A stretch of DNA of 64,000 nt from Octopus bimaculoides (GCF_001194135.2 NC_068981.1:3977334-4041333), one strand, 5' to 3'. Counted from the first letter of the stretch, positions 25,837-37,379 are shown. Notes: generated by a model from the letters alone, not told the origin. Made by a program: numbers and translations.

Positions 25837-27113
25837 GTTCAAACTGAAGACATGACATTATCATACATTATCTGATTGATGTGGATACAGACAGTTTATT
25901 ATTATTATTATTATTATTATTATTGAGAGCAATGATGGCACTTCGATAATCAAAAAAAAACAGAAAAACACAGAACTAGCCAATGATCATTAGATTGCTT
26001 TTATTTTTTTTTTTTAATTAATTTTAAGAACTTATACCATTGTATTTTTTTAAAATTTCAATCAAGCCTTTTTTTTTAAAATATTTTTTTTTCCTAATTG
26101 TTTTTTGGTCAATCAAAACATGACAATATTGAAAAGAAAAAATGGTGCATAAGAAAGTTTTACATATTTTTTTCCAAAAGAAAAAAAAAAAAAATACTCA
26201 AAATGTAATGGAAAACTTGAAAAGAAAAAAAAGGTAAAAGATGATAACACATTAAATACCTAAACATCGAATAGATTGAAGAAGAAATGTTGAGACAAAG
26301 CTAAAATTTTAATGAAGGCTTATTTGAAGAGATTTTACATTAAAGGATTAACTACTACAGGGGGGAAATCAAGTGTGCAGAGAAGTCTAGGCTGTTATTG
26401 TTATCATCATCATCATCATCGTTATTATTATATTAGTTGAACAGTTAATTCTTGGTTTCAGGGTTATTATTGTAACAAATTAATGATAAGATACAAATAA
26501 GCTAATTCATATTATTTTATGTGAGAAGAAACTAAGAAAATAAGCAGAAAAAAAAAAAAGGAAAATATATGTATAATGTAGAAATTTAATAATTTCCATT
26601 GACAAGAATACCATAATTTAATAAAAAGAAGTAATATGTAACAAGAAATTAAAATTAAAAAATACAGGATTGATTACTAAATATGAATTTTATTTTATTG
26701 TAGTAACTGTTTCATAGCTAAGAGAAAAAGATTGTCTCTGCTCTGCAAAATTTATGAACTCATCAGGAAAAGAAAGAAAAAACAAAAAGAAAAAAAAAAA
26801 CAATGGAACAATTTTTGTCTCATGCCAATGAGCCAAAGCCTAAAAGTAGTCTAGACATTAGATATCTGTGACAAATGTGAACTACATTATTAATAGAACA
26901 TCACAGAAATGACTAGTCGAGCTATCAGTATGAATAAGCATGTCAAAAGCCTAATGATCCAAACTAGCTTCGAAGCTGTTGGGATGTAATAGTGTGCTGC
27001 TGAGAGAAAAGCAGGAAGAGAATGTTTGCATCCAGAGCAGATGTTGGTGTTAAAAGGGGAAACATCTGAATCTTGCCAGGAGCAACATTAATCCAGTTAT
27101 GTGAAATACAGCC

Positions 27114-27254
27114 TCAGCAATTATCTTCCATTCCAGCATGTGTGACTTTCGAAAAGTCAAAATCTTCCCCAGTGGCTCGTTTGAAAATATCCAAAACATC
27201 GTTACATGTAGTTTCAAAGTGAGTGGTGGCATCATAATTCTTGGAGATAAAGAG
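27114..27254 (-). CDS. GDI: Rab GDI last exon ([46 protein letters not shown])
   Basis: Acceptor ttttttccAG; [11 protein letters not shown] motif; TGA at 27116-27114. Confidence 0.97.
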   Translation of the reverse strand, partial: LFISKNYDATTHFETTCNDVLDIFKRATGEDFDFSKVTHAGMEDNC

Positions 27255-27529
27255 CTGGAAAAAACAAACAAAAAAACCCAATAAGCATCCATATTTCACA
27301 ATTAATACATGTACATACATATATACACATAACACACACCTATATGTATGTAGATTTGATGGAATCCAGTGAGCAAAAGCACTGCTTTAATCTTCAATGT
27401 ATGCTTTGACATGGTGGTCTTGGTTGGATGCCCTTCCTAATACCAACCACTTTGCAGTGTATACTGGGTGCACTTCTTCTGAGACATTGGCACAAATAAG
27501 ATCACCCCGTACCTCATGAAACAAAGAAA

Positions 27530-27860
27530 AAGACCCAGCCCCTCAACCACGCAAGACAAGGGGAGGTGGTTTTATAATTAGTGTTGAAAGGCTAAAGTAT
27601 AATAGGACAGGCACAGGTGTCTTGCTGTAGAGATACATGGCTACCCCACACTACATAAGGGTGGGTGGGAAGAAGATGCTAGTGTCACAGCATTGAGTTA
27701 TTGGACAAAGAATTGGAAAAAGGGTGTGGGTAAGTTCATTAAAGTATTGAAGAAGAGGGAAAGATGGTTAGAGATGAGGGTAGAAGTGAAGAGAGAGAAT
27801 AAAGGTGAAGGTGTGGTCAATGTAAATATCAGTGTGGGCAGATGAAGGGGGAAGATATTT
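27530..27860. mobile_element. Old purine-rich interspersed repeat (probable LINE remnant)
   Basis: Shared gtcttgct.tagag...acatgg..ctacc text also near 18820, 46360 and 52090. Not translatable. Confidence 0.35.
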
Positions 27861-28863
27861 TAGGAATATAATACACTAGGTGACATGATATCACAATTTA
27901 TCAGTCCTGAGAGTTTATCTATCAGGACTGGTTCACAGTGTACCCCTCTCTCTCTCTCTTTTAACCTGTGCCAGCATAAAGGATGATGACGATGGGCACA
28001 TACATACACCAACACATACGCTACATCACGTTATCTCTGCAAATGTTTCAATGTGATCATGTATCTATCTGCAAGAAACTGCAGCCAAATGACCCTCAAG
28101 TACTAACCTGCCATCTTAAAGAAAGAAATGCTTAAATAAACAGGATAAAGCAATATTGAATATGACTGTTGATGGAATGGTCATGGCTAGAATACAGATC
28201 AATCAAATGCTCAAAATTCTATAAACTCTGTAAGACAATACTAATGGCATTGGAAACACTTTCAATATCATTATCATCATTCCTCCAGGTGCTTTTCCTG
28301 TCACCAACCTTCAACTGTTTCTAAACAAGGCAATAATCCGTAGAGCCATGGAAGATTAGAAATGAACGATACAAACACACACAATCATATTCAATCAAAC
28401 CCATGCCAGCATGGAAAGCGGACGTTAAACAATGATGATAATGATGATGTATTCGGAGCTTGTCCATCATCATTTCATTTAACATCCACTTTCCATGCTG
28501 GCATGGGTTGGATGGTTTGACTGAAAACTGATAAACCAGGGAGCTGCACCAGGTTCCAATCTGATTTGGCAAGGTTTCTACGGCTGGATGCCCTTCCTAA
28601 TGCCAACCTCTCTGAGAGTCAAACGGGTGTTTTTTATGTGCCACCACTGGCACAGGTGCGAAAGACCTGACACCAGTATTGGCCATGACTATGGTCTCAC
28701 TTGGCTTGACAAGTCTACACAAGCACAGTATATTGCCAAAATTCTTGGCCACCTGTCACTGCTTCCATGAGGCCCGACGCATGAATGGTGCTTTCTACGT
28801 GCCAGTCACACGGCAACGGCATTGGCCAAAAAATTAAAAAAGGTAAATTAATGTCTTGCTTAC

Positions 28864-28918
28864 CCGACTGTCTGTACCATCATCTATTGGTTCTAAAAGA
28901 TCACTGATTGATACAAAC
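28864..28918 (-). CDS. GDI: Rab GDI exon 10 (FVSISDLLEPIDDGTDSR)
   Basis: Hand-translated. Acceptor ttcttcacctAG, donor GTAAGC, 55 nt. Confidence 0.95.
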
Positions 28919-29039
28919 CTAGGTGAAGAAAAGGAAATTCATTATAGAGGATGCTGTTTAAGGAATTTTCATCTGACAAAGTGGGAATTAAAGACCATCT
29001 TTTTCACACACGTGAGAGGAGAAAACAAATGCTACTCAC

Positions 29040-29184
29040 TTTTGTTTGATGGGGCCGAGGAGGTTCAGACCTGCACTAAGTTCATTTTCAGGATTGTCAG
29101 TCTCTGCAGTGGTGCTCACAATGGCCAAATAGAAATTTTTCGCTGCGACATTATGTGCATAAGAGACACAACAAACATAAATAT
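29040..29184 (-). CDS. GDI: Rab GDI exon 9 ([49 protein letters not shown])
   Basis: Hand-translated. Acceptor tttccttaaacAG, donor GTGAGT, 145 nt. Confidence 0.96.
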
Positions 29185-29327
29185 CTGTTTAAGGAAAGGA
29201 AAAGAAAAAAAGAAAAAAACTATAAGACAAAGCAGTAAAATGATGTTAAAGAAAATACATTTTATTCCATTCTTTAATTTAAAGATACAGTAATCACTCA
29301 CTGTACTGAATATTTTCCTGGCTAATA

Positions 29328-29520
29328 TATTCTTTTACTTGTTTCAGTCATTTGACTGCGGCCATGCTGGAGCACCGCTTTTAGTTGAGAAAATTAACTT
29401 CTAGGACATTCTTTGTAAGCCTAGTACTTGTTCTATCGGTCTCTTTTGCCAAACCGCTAAGTTACGGGGACCTGAACACACCAACATCTGTTGTCAAGCA
29501 ACGGCAGGGGGATAAATGCA

Positions 29521-29558
<38 letters not shown>

Positions 29559-29667
29559 ATGGGCTTCTTTTCAGTTTCCAACTACCAAATCCACTCACAA
29601 GGTTTTGGTCAGCCCAAGGTGCCACATAGTGGGACTGAACCCAGAACCATGTGGTTGGTAAGCAAGC
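29328..29667 (-). mobile_element. SINE, family V, inverted neighbour
   Basis: Reverse complement of the 29837-30233 copy over most of its length. Confidence 0.85.
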
Positions 29668-29836
29668 CAGTAAATTTATATTACGGGATTCTGTGGCCAA
29701 TAGGTATTTATATTTTTTTAGATTTTAATTATTTCTGTATTAAATTAAGCATTTTCACACCTACAATTAATGAATAAAAATACAGCACAGTACCACACTG
29801 TATAACACATTAATTAAAATATATTAAAAGAAAATA

Positions 29837-30001
29837 GGCGCAGGAGTGGCTGTGTGGTAAGTAGCTTGCTTCCCAACCACATGGTTCTGGGTTTAGTCCC
29901 ACTGTGTGGCACCTTGGGCCAGTGTTTTCTACTATAGCCTTGGGCCAACCAAAGCCTTGTGAATGGATTTGGTAGACGGAAATTGAAAGAAGCCTGTTGT
30001 A

Positions 30002-30043
<42 letters not shown>

Positions 30044-30233
30044 TGTTTGTCCCCTCAACATTGCTTGACAACTGATGCTGATGTGTTTATGTCCATGTAA
30101 CTTAGCAGTTTGGCAAAAGAAACTGATAGAATAAGTACTAGGCTTACAAAGAATAAGTCCTGGGGTAGATTTGCTCGACTAAAGGCGCTGCTCCAGCATG
30201 GCCGCAGTCAAATGACTGAGACAAGGAAAAGAG
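29837..30233 (+). mobile_element. SINE, family V, full copy with internal (TA)n
   Basis: Head ggagtggctgtgtggtaagtagcttg...gggtt.agtcccactg; tail ...gtcaaatgactga.acaag.aaaaga. About 15 more copies, e.g. 16500(-), 19680(-), 37190, 38420, 46765, 55590, 57955(-), 62775. Confidence 0.85.
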
Positions 30234-30842
30234 TATATTGTAGATGAGTAAACAAAGAATCACACATACTGAATGGAAAATGAAACTCGGGAGGCGAATG
30301 TGTGGTGTTGTTTGGCATTTGTAATAAAATAAATATATATAAATTGTAAAAATAATAAGAAAAAATATACAGTACTGTTTCTACTTCATGGAATTTCAAC
30401 CATTGCGATAGTTGAGGGATTATTGTATATTTAACTGTTTTGTTTCAATTGAAATACATAGCTTTTGTATTGATTTTAAATGAAATAAAGAAGCTAATAC
30501 GGCAACATTATTAAACTGGTGTTTGAGGCTTTAATTTGTGTTGTTATTTACATCGTATATGGTGCTTCAATAGCTTACAGAAAAGAAAAAAATACAGATT
30601 TGTTTGTTCCATTATTTTCATTGGGAACAAAGATTCAACAACAACAACAACAATGAATTTTGTATTTAGTTTGTAAGATTCTTGATGTGAGTTGAAACAA
30701 AACTTGGGAGGATCATTACACTGAACTGAGACTGTACTGATACTGAACCAGTGAATGTGTTATTAAATTGGCATAATATGACCCCCCCAAAACAATAACA
30801 AAGAAAAATCAAAGTGTGGGTGTGTGAAACACAGATATTTAC

Positions 30843-30945
30843 CATTTTGCCTGTTCACCTGGGATTGTGGAATGATTATCTGACATGATAAACTATTGTC
30901 TGTATCAGGAATACAATGATCAAGAATGCAGATTGCTCGGACAAC
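30843..30945 (-). CDS. GDI: Rab GDI exon 8 (VVRAICILDHCIPDTDNSLSCQIIIPQSQVNRQN)
   Basis: Hand-translated. Acceptor ttctcttgtctAG, donor GTAAAT, 103 nt. SCQIIIPQxQVNR motif. Confidence 0.96.
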
Positions 30946-32896
30946 CTAGACAAGAGAAAAACAAGACAACATTGTAATATATAAACAAACAGGGATACAT
31001 ATAGTCCGTCCCTCTCTTAATTCGTCATCATCACCATCATCATTTAACATCCGTTTTCCATGCTGGCATGGGTTGGACAACTTGATAGGAGTTGGCAAGC
31101 TATAGATCTACACCAGGCTCCATTTGTCTGTTTTGGTTTCTATGGCTGGATGCCCTTCCTAACGCCTTTTATGTGGCACAAGCACTGGTGCTTTTTATGT
31201 AGCACCGTCACAAGTACTCTTTATATGGTACCAGCATGAAATTCTGTTTCAATAATTCTAAAATATGTGACAGTCTCAACTAAAACATTAAAAAAAGAGA
31301 AACAATTTCTCTTTAATCCTGATGATGACGATTACTTTACTTTACATGATTACGATCTTACGTTAACTTTTAAGTGTCTCAATTGTCTCCCTTTAGGCTG
31401 TTAACTATTTTGAATGGTGAATTTGTTAACTTTGACTTGGATAAGGATAAACTATTTATAACTGTTACTAAATTTTCTACAGCTACCTTCACATTCCATG
31501 ACTACCTTTGGAATCGATCAGGTACTGAACAAGGATTCTGGATTATTTTCCGTTTTTTTTTTCTTAATTTTTGAGAGCGGTCGGGTTCATTTTTAGTATT
31601 CCCGTTTGTGAGAGCAGTCGAGTTTATTTCAGAAATTCTCATTCTAAAAATCATCTCTGGCCAATCGTAGAGAGGACGTTGGTGTTGCCTTGGGAGGTTT
31701 GTGCTCTGAGTGCTCTTGTTATTGTTATTATTATCATTATTATTATTATTGAAGCAGTGAGCTGGCAGAATTGTTAGTACACTAAACAAAATGGTCAACA
31801 GCATCTCTTTTGGTTTTATATTCTGAGTTGAAATTCCGCTAAAGTCTTGCATCCTTTTGGGGATCAATAAAATAAGTACGAGTTGAGCACCAGGGTTGAT
31901 GTAATCAACTTAGCCCACCCCCACTGAAATTGCTGGCTTCGTGGCCCCTAATATGTATTAAGTCTGGCACTTCATCGGTCTCTTCTTGCCTAGCTGCTAA
32001 TTTATAGGGACATAGGGGAAAGTGTTTACTATAGCTGACCGAAGCCTTGTGAGTGGATTTGGTAGATGGAAACTGAAAGAAGCCTATCATATACATATGT
32101 GTGCATGTGCGTGCTTGTTCCACAGCCCTGCTGGAGACAACCAGTGTGTACCCTTGTCTTGATATCATGCAGTGGTTGTAAACAAGTGTTACTATCGCAC
32201 AAGTGATTTTGTACATTCCCAGCCTTTTGTGAAAAACATGTCTGGATAATATCCGTCGTATGGAAACAGGTGAAGGTTGGTGACATAAAGGGCATCCAGC
32301 CACAGAAAACCTGCCTCAACAAATCCCTTGTGACCCATGCAAGCATGGAAAAGAGGATGAAGGTGACAATGGATGTTTAAAAAATTATAGACAAATTACT
32401 ATCATGTATTTGTTTTGCAAGACTCCTGATGTGAAATCTTGTGTTGAAACATACTGTCATATTTGGTGATGGTCATCCTTTTTGTCAATTAACCACACCC
32501 ACTTCTTTGTCACTTCACCTTTATTATTATTATTATTATTATTATTATTGTTTTAGTGTCCTTTGTCTGAAGTCTTTCATCACACATCCTGTGACCTCTT
32601 CAGCAACTCTCCATTCCATGTGTCTCCTCCTGTTCTGTTTCAGTCCATTTTGTCTTTCTCAGAATGTACTAAACAGAACAGGAGCAGACACACGGGATGG
32701 AGAGTTGCTGAAGCGGTCACAGGGTGTGCAATGAAAGGTTTCAGACAACCAACACTAAAACAAGAATAATTAAATCTGAAGTGAAGACCAAGTAATTAGT
32801 GCATGTGGTTAATCAGCAAAAACAGATGACCATCCCTAAATATAACAAATTACTATTATTATATGATGAAGTAAAATGAAAGAAAAGAAAACTCAC

Positions 32897-33065
32897 CTGT
32901 CCTTGCTTTTTACACTTCTCTGGAGCATAAGACGGATCACAGATGATCATTTTACAATTAGCTACCTGTCCTTGCGATTTCACTCCTACAGCTTTACCTT
33001 CTTCAAAGATCAGTTCATCGACTGGTTTGTCCAACATGTAAGTTCCACCATAAATTGCACTTAGT
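32897..33065 (-). CDS. GDI: Rab GDI exon 7 ([17 protein letters not shown]...[14 protein letters not shown])
   Basis: Acceptor attttcccAG, donor GTGAGT, 169 nt. Confidence 0.97.
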
Positions 33066-33157
33066 CTGGGAAAATAATCAAGAAAGACAATTCTTTTTAC
33101 TATAGTTCCTGGCTGACATGAGTGGATTTGATAAATAGAAACTAAATGAAGCTTGTC

Positions 33158-33190
<33 letters not shown>

Positions 33191-33212
33191 TTGCAAATAT
33201 ATATATATACAT

Positions 33213-33258
<46 letters not shown>

Positions 33259-34076
33259 ACATACATATGTAAAAAGCACCATCCGACTGGCTCCTGTGCC
33301 AGTGGCATGTAAAAAGCACCATCCGAACATGGCCAATGCCAGTACCCACTGACTGGCTCCCATGCCGTTGGCACATAAAAAAGCACCCAGTATACTCTTG
33401 GAGTGGTTGGTGTTGGGAAGGGCATCCAGCTGTAGAAACCTTGCCAGATCAGATTGGAGCCTGGTACAGCCGCTGGCCCTCCAGACCTCAGTCAAACCGT
33501 CCAACCCATGCCAGCATGGAAAGCGGACATTATACAATGATGATGATGATGTAACACTGGTGATTGTGTCACATTAAAAAGCACTGGTACTGGTGCCACA
33601 TAAAAAGTGCCCAGTCCACACTCGGAGCAGTGGTCATTAGGAAGGGCAACCAGCTGTAAAAACCATGCCAAAACAGATAAATGGAGCTTGGTGTGACACC
33701 TGGCCTTGCCAGTTCTAGTCAAACTGTCCAACCCATGACAGCATGGAAAACAGATGCATGATGATGATGATGATTTCTTTATGCATGTATGTATGAGCAT
33801 CTCATCTTGACACCACATAATGGTTGTAAACAAGCATCACCGTCATACAAGCGATGAGGTTGGTTTCCAGTTTTCCATGGAAAACATGTCTGGCAATGAG
33901 AAATATTACCTTATTTGGAAACAGGGAGGACATCCAACCTCAAAAAAATAAACAAAAAAAAAAGAACTCCATATGACCCATGCCAGCACAGAAAAGTGGA
34001 TGCTAAAAAGATGACGCTGACAAGGATGAATACAAAAGTTAATGTGAATGCTGAAGAGTGTAAGAAAGAAACTGAC

Positions 34077-34208
34077 CGAGCAAATCCCTGTGGTAACTCT
34101 CCAAGACCATATAAGGGATACAAATAAGGAGATCTTCCAAAACGAGATAAAGAGTCACTGTAAAGTCTGCATCGTTTGATGGTGTCAATAGCAGGTCTAG
34201 TCATGTAA
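34077..34208 (-). CDS. GDI: Rab GDI exon 6 ([44 protein letters not shown])
   Basis: Acceptor ttttaatttAG, donor GTCAGT, 132 nt, phase 2-2. [19 protein letters not shown] motif. Confidence 0.97.
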
Positions 34209-34721
34209 CTAAATTAAAAGACGAAAAAACAAAAAAAAAAACATTGAAGAAATTAAGATATATACATAAAAAAAAGATGCATGTGATAAATTTAAAAACA
34301 AAATGAAAACTGTCCATTACAAACAGGAGTTTTATTTAAATATAAATGTAAAGATTTTGGCTTTTAACCCTTTCACATTCAGATTATTGTCAAATTTGAT
34401 CACAAAACAGAACCCCATTCCTTAAAAAAAAAAAAAAGACAAAAACAAAATGAGAGCATGAGAGATCAGATCTGGTCAATTTGGTTACAAACAGCCAAAA
34501 TATTTGGGCCAGTCATGGCTTGATAGGGTAACTTTTGCATATGTCACTCAATTGCCTTTCCATCTTCTTTACACTCACTCACTCAGTCTGTCTGTCCGTC
34601 TACCAACATGGCGACTCACCGAAAGCAAAGTCAGATATGAACAGACTGAGTCACCATTAGACACCCTTTCTCATCCTGTCAGGCCAACATTTGTATGATT
34701 GTTGTTATTAGTGCTGGCACA

Positions 34722-35157
34722 ATCATCATCATCATCGTTTAACGTCCGCTTTCCATGCTGGCATGGGTTGGACAGTTTGACTGAGGATTGGCAAGCCAGG
34801 AGACCACACCAGGCTCCAATCTGATCTGGCAAGGTTTCTACAGCTGGAAACCCTTCCTAACACCAACCACTCCGAGAGTGTAGTGGGTGTTTTTTCATGT
34901 GCCACCAGCACAAAGGCTTACATTTCACTGGCACAGGAGCCAGTCAGACAGCACTGGCAACTATTTCATTTTTTTAGTTCAGGAATGTAAAAAGCACCCA
35001 CTACACTCTCAGAGTGGTTGGCATTAGGAAGGGCATCCAGCTGTAGAAACTCTGCCAGATTGAAGTGGAGCCTGGTGCAGTCTTCTGGCTTGCCAGCCCT
35101 CAGTCAAACCGTCCAACCCATGCCAGCATGGAAAGTGGACATTAAACAACGATGATG
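34722..35157. repeat. Head-to-head inverted pair of family G copies
   Basis: 34722-34900 is the reverse complement of 34985-35157, with (ATC)n on the left and GAT repeats on the right. Confidence 0.85.
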
Positions 35158-35384
35158 AATCCAGGTGGAGGGTGAAGTCAGATGCAGTTTCCCTAAAACA
35201 ATTTTTGCTGCATGTGTACTGTTGAAATTGGGGTGCACCTAATATGCCCTTGAATCTTTTATGCCATCAAATACAGTAATTAAAAAATGCCCAAGGGTCC
35301 TTCACGATGAAAGTTATATCCAGAAAAATGATAAAAATTCAAAGGGTGCTAGTTTTACAAATAAAGAAATAAATTTCTACTTAC

Positions 35385-35583
35385 TTATCATTTAAATAGA
35401 GAGATAAAGCATGTCCAGTAAAGTCTATAGTGCCGCAGTCCAATTTATAATTCTTATATAATTCCTCTGATGTTGTCGATTCAGGGTTTACATTGCACCA
35501 GGTTGAGGGATCATCTTCATCAAAATCCTGCACAAACTGTAAAAACCTACGGAAGCGACGTTTTTCAAACAATCCTAACAGAG
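35385..35583 (-). CDS. GDI: Rab GDI exon 5 (LLGLFEKRRFRRFLQFV...DFTGHALSLYLND)
   Basis: Acceptor ttttttccAG, donor GTAAGT, 199 nt. Confidence 0.97.
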
Positions 35584-35659
35584 CTGGAAAAAAAAAACAA
35601 AAAAACAAATACATTTATTTGTATATATGATATACACACTAATATAACATCCAGAAATG

Positions 35660-35815
35660 TAGAGAAATACTATTTGAAGCATTAGACCAAGTGTATGACT
35701 GGTGCAAAGCTCCAGCCAAACGGAAGGTGACATAGTGGTAGAACCCTGAAGTACACAGCGTCATAACGGCAAAGAGACCAGCTCGGAAAGACTGGAAGCA
35801 GCAGAAAATATAGGT
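35660..35815 (+). mobile_element. LINE ORF2 fragment
   Basis: KRKVT*W*NPEVHSVITAKRPARKDWKQ resembles the WWNxEV..I..K...K.WK linker of RTE/CR1 ORF2. Confidence 0.45.
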
Positions 35816-35869
35816 CAGATAGGAGGGGAATCCCATCCTCATTGCTAAGAATCAGAGACCATGACCACA

Positions 35870-36230
35870 TACACCATCACTCTCCAAATGATTCCTGCCA
35901 CTGACCAAGTCTTTTAGTCCATTCCAGTGTTTTCTTCTTGGCCTCTTCTACCTTATTTCCCCATTGACTCAACCTCAACAATGTTGGGGTCAATGTTTTG
36001 GGCCCTGATGATACGCCCAAAATACTGCAGCTTCTGCTTCCTGATATTTGCCAAGAGTTCTCTTTCTGAGACCTGACTCATTTGTTCAAGGGTCAATCCA
36101 GCTGATCCTCACTACTCTTCAATACTACTTTGAGTCCTGCTTTCATATCCATACAATGCAACAAGGATCTGCCTTTACGGATTGTATTGAGTGATTTTAA
36201 GGTTCTGCTGCTCCTCAGATATTGTTCTAT
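35870..36230 (-). mobile_element. RTE/BovB-like LINE C-terminal fragment
   Basis: Hand translation ...ELLANIRKQKLQYFGRIIRAQ...GRRGQ, degenerate. Confidence 0.55.
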
Positions 36231-36249
36231 GATAGCACCCAGATACAAT

Positions 36250-36840
36250 ATCAAGTAAGTAATTAAAGAACTCTGAAGTTCAGTATTGTCTCATCAGAAT
36301 TAGTCAATAACCCACCTAAGTACATTATTTACATTTGACAGATATTTGTCCTCACCTTATTTGTTGTTAACACATTTCGGCTGATATATCCTCCAGCGTT
36401 TATCAGGTGTCCTGGGGAAATTTCGAACCTGGGTTTTCATTCCTAAGGTATTTTTTTGATATTATTATCATTCAGGTCACTGCCTGGAATCGAACTCGGA
36501 ATCTTGGGGTTAGTAGCCTGCACTCTTAACCACTACGCCATATGCCCATGGGCAATTATGGAGTGAATTTTAGAGCTTATAAATCTAATGGCTTCCGCCA
36601 TGATAGATCGCTAGCCATTAAACCTTTCCTATTTTCTCTCTCTGCTTATTTCTGTGTTCCTTTCTGTCGAAGAGCATAGGCTCGAAACGTAAAAGACTTT
36701 CTCACTTCCTGGGCATTAAACTAATACATCTTTTTATTTGTTTACACACCTGTCTTCGTCTTGTTTTTTTTTGTAAATTCTCACTAGTATCCGTCAAATG
36801 TACATAATGTACATAATTCCTCATCTCTCAAATATAGAGC
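36250..36840. mobile_element. Composite Penelope-like repeat with tRNA-like head and hammerhead-like motifs
   Basis: tRNA-like A/B boxes at 36471-36547(-), HHR-like motifs at 36369-36411(-) and 36660-36695(+), and an IR between 36323-36345 and 36787-36812. Same tail text in both orientations at 54695-54800. Confidence 0.6.
36660..36695 (+). ncRNA. Variant minimal hammerhead-like motif (core A6 replaced by U)
   Basis: CUUU-CUGUCGA-A-GAGC(auag)GCUC-GAAACGU-A-AAAG. Confidence 0.45.
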
Positions 36841-36928
36841 TGTAGAACCCACTTAAGTTTTTATAAAATGCAAATATTGAACAGATTAGCACAATTACAA
36901 GAGAACAAGAGAAAGTCTCAATACTCAC

Positions 36929-37063
36929 TTGAACTTAAAGCTTCCCTTTCTGAGGCTGGCACTTTATATACCTTGCCACCTTTATATACAAAGCTACCTT
37001 CAACTGATTTGAACTCTAAATATCTAGTGACACCAGTTTTTATTAAAATCTTCACCAACTGAC
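36929..37063 (-). CDS. GDI: Rab GDI exon 4 ([44 protein letters not shown])
   Basis: Not in the ORF track; hand-translated. Acceptor tttttcctttAG, donor GTGAGT, 135 nt, phase 1-1. Confidence 0.96.
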
Positions 37064-37343
37064 CTAAAGGAAAAATTAGAAAGAATATTTAATTAAGTAT
37101 TGGGAAAACTACCTTTAAAAAAAGCAAACATTAATAAAACTACAATCAAAATTGCTTTGTCGTATAATAGTCGAATTTTCTGCACAGTTGTGGCTGTGCA
37201 GCTGAGAAGTTCGCTTCCCAACCACATGGTTCTGGGTTCAGTCTCATTGCTTGGCACCTTGGGCAAGGGTCTTCTACTACAGCCCCAGGGTGGTCAAAGC
37301 TTTGTGGGCAGATGCAGTAGCCAGAAACTAAAAGAAATCCATC

Positions 37344-37379
<36 letters not shown>

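Noticed and set aside
35639-35870. Minus-strand ORFs between GDI exons 4 and 5 as extra GDI exons
   Set aside because: No GDI similarity; exons 4 and 5 already join in frame, and the segment resembles LINE debris.
36270-36300. Another CUGAUGA on the - strand
   Set aside because: Followed by gaac rather than GAAA with no convincing stems; too degenerate to call.
36471-36547. Genuine tRNA gene
   Set aside because: A and B boxes are present, but acceptor and anticodon stems pair poorly and it is embedded in a repeat. Treated as a retroposon head.
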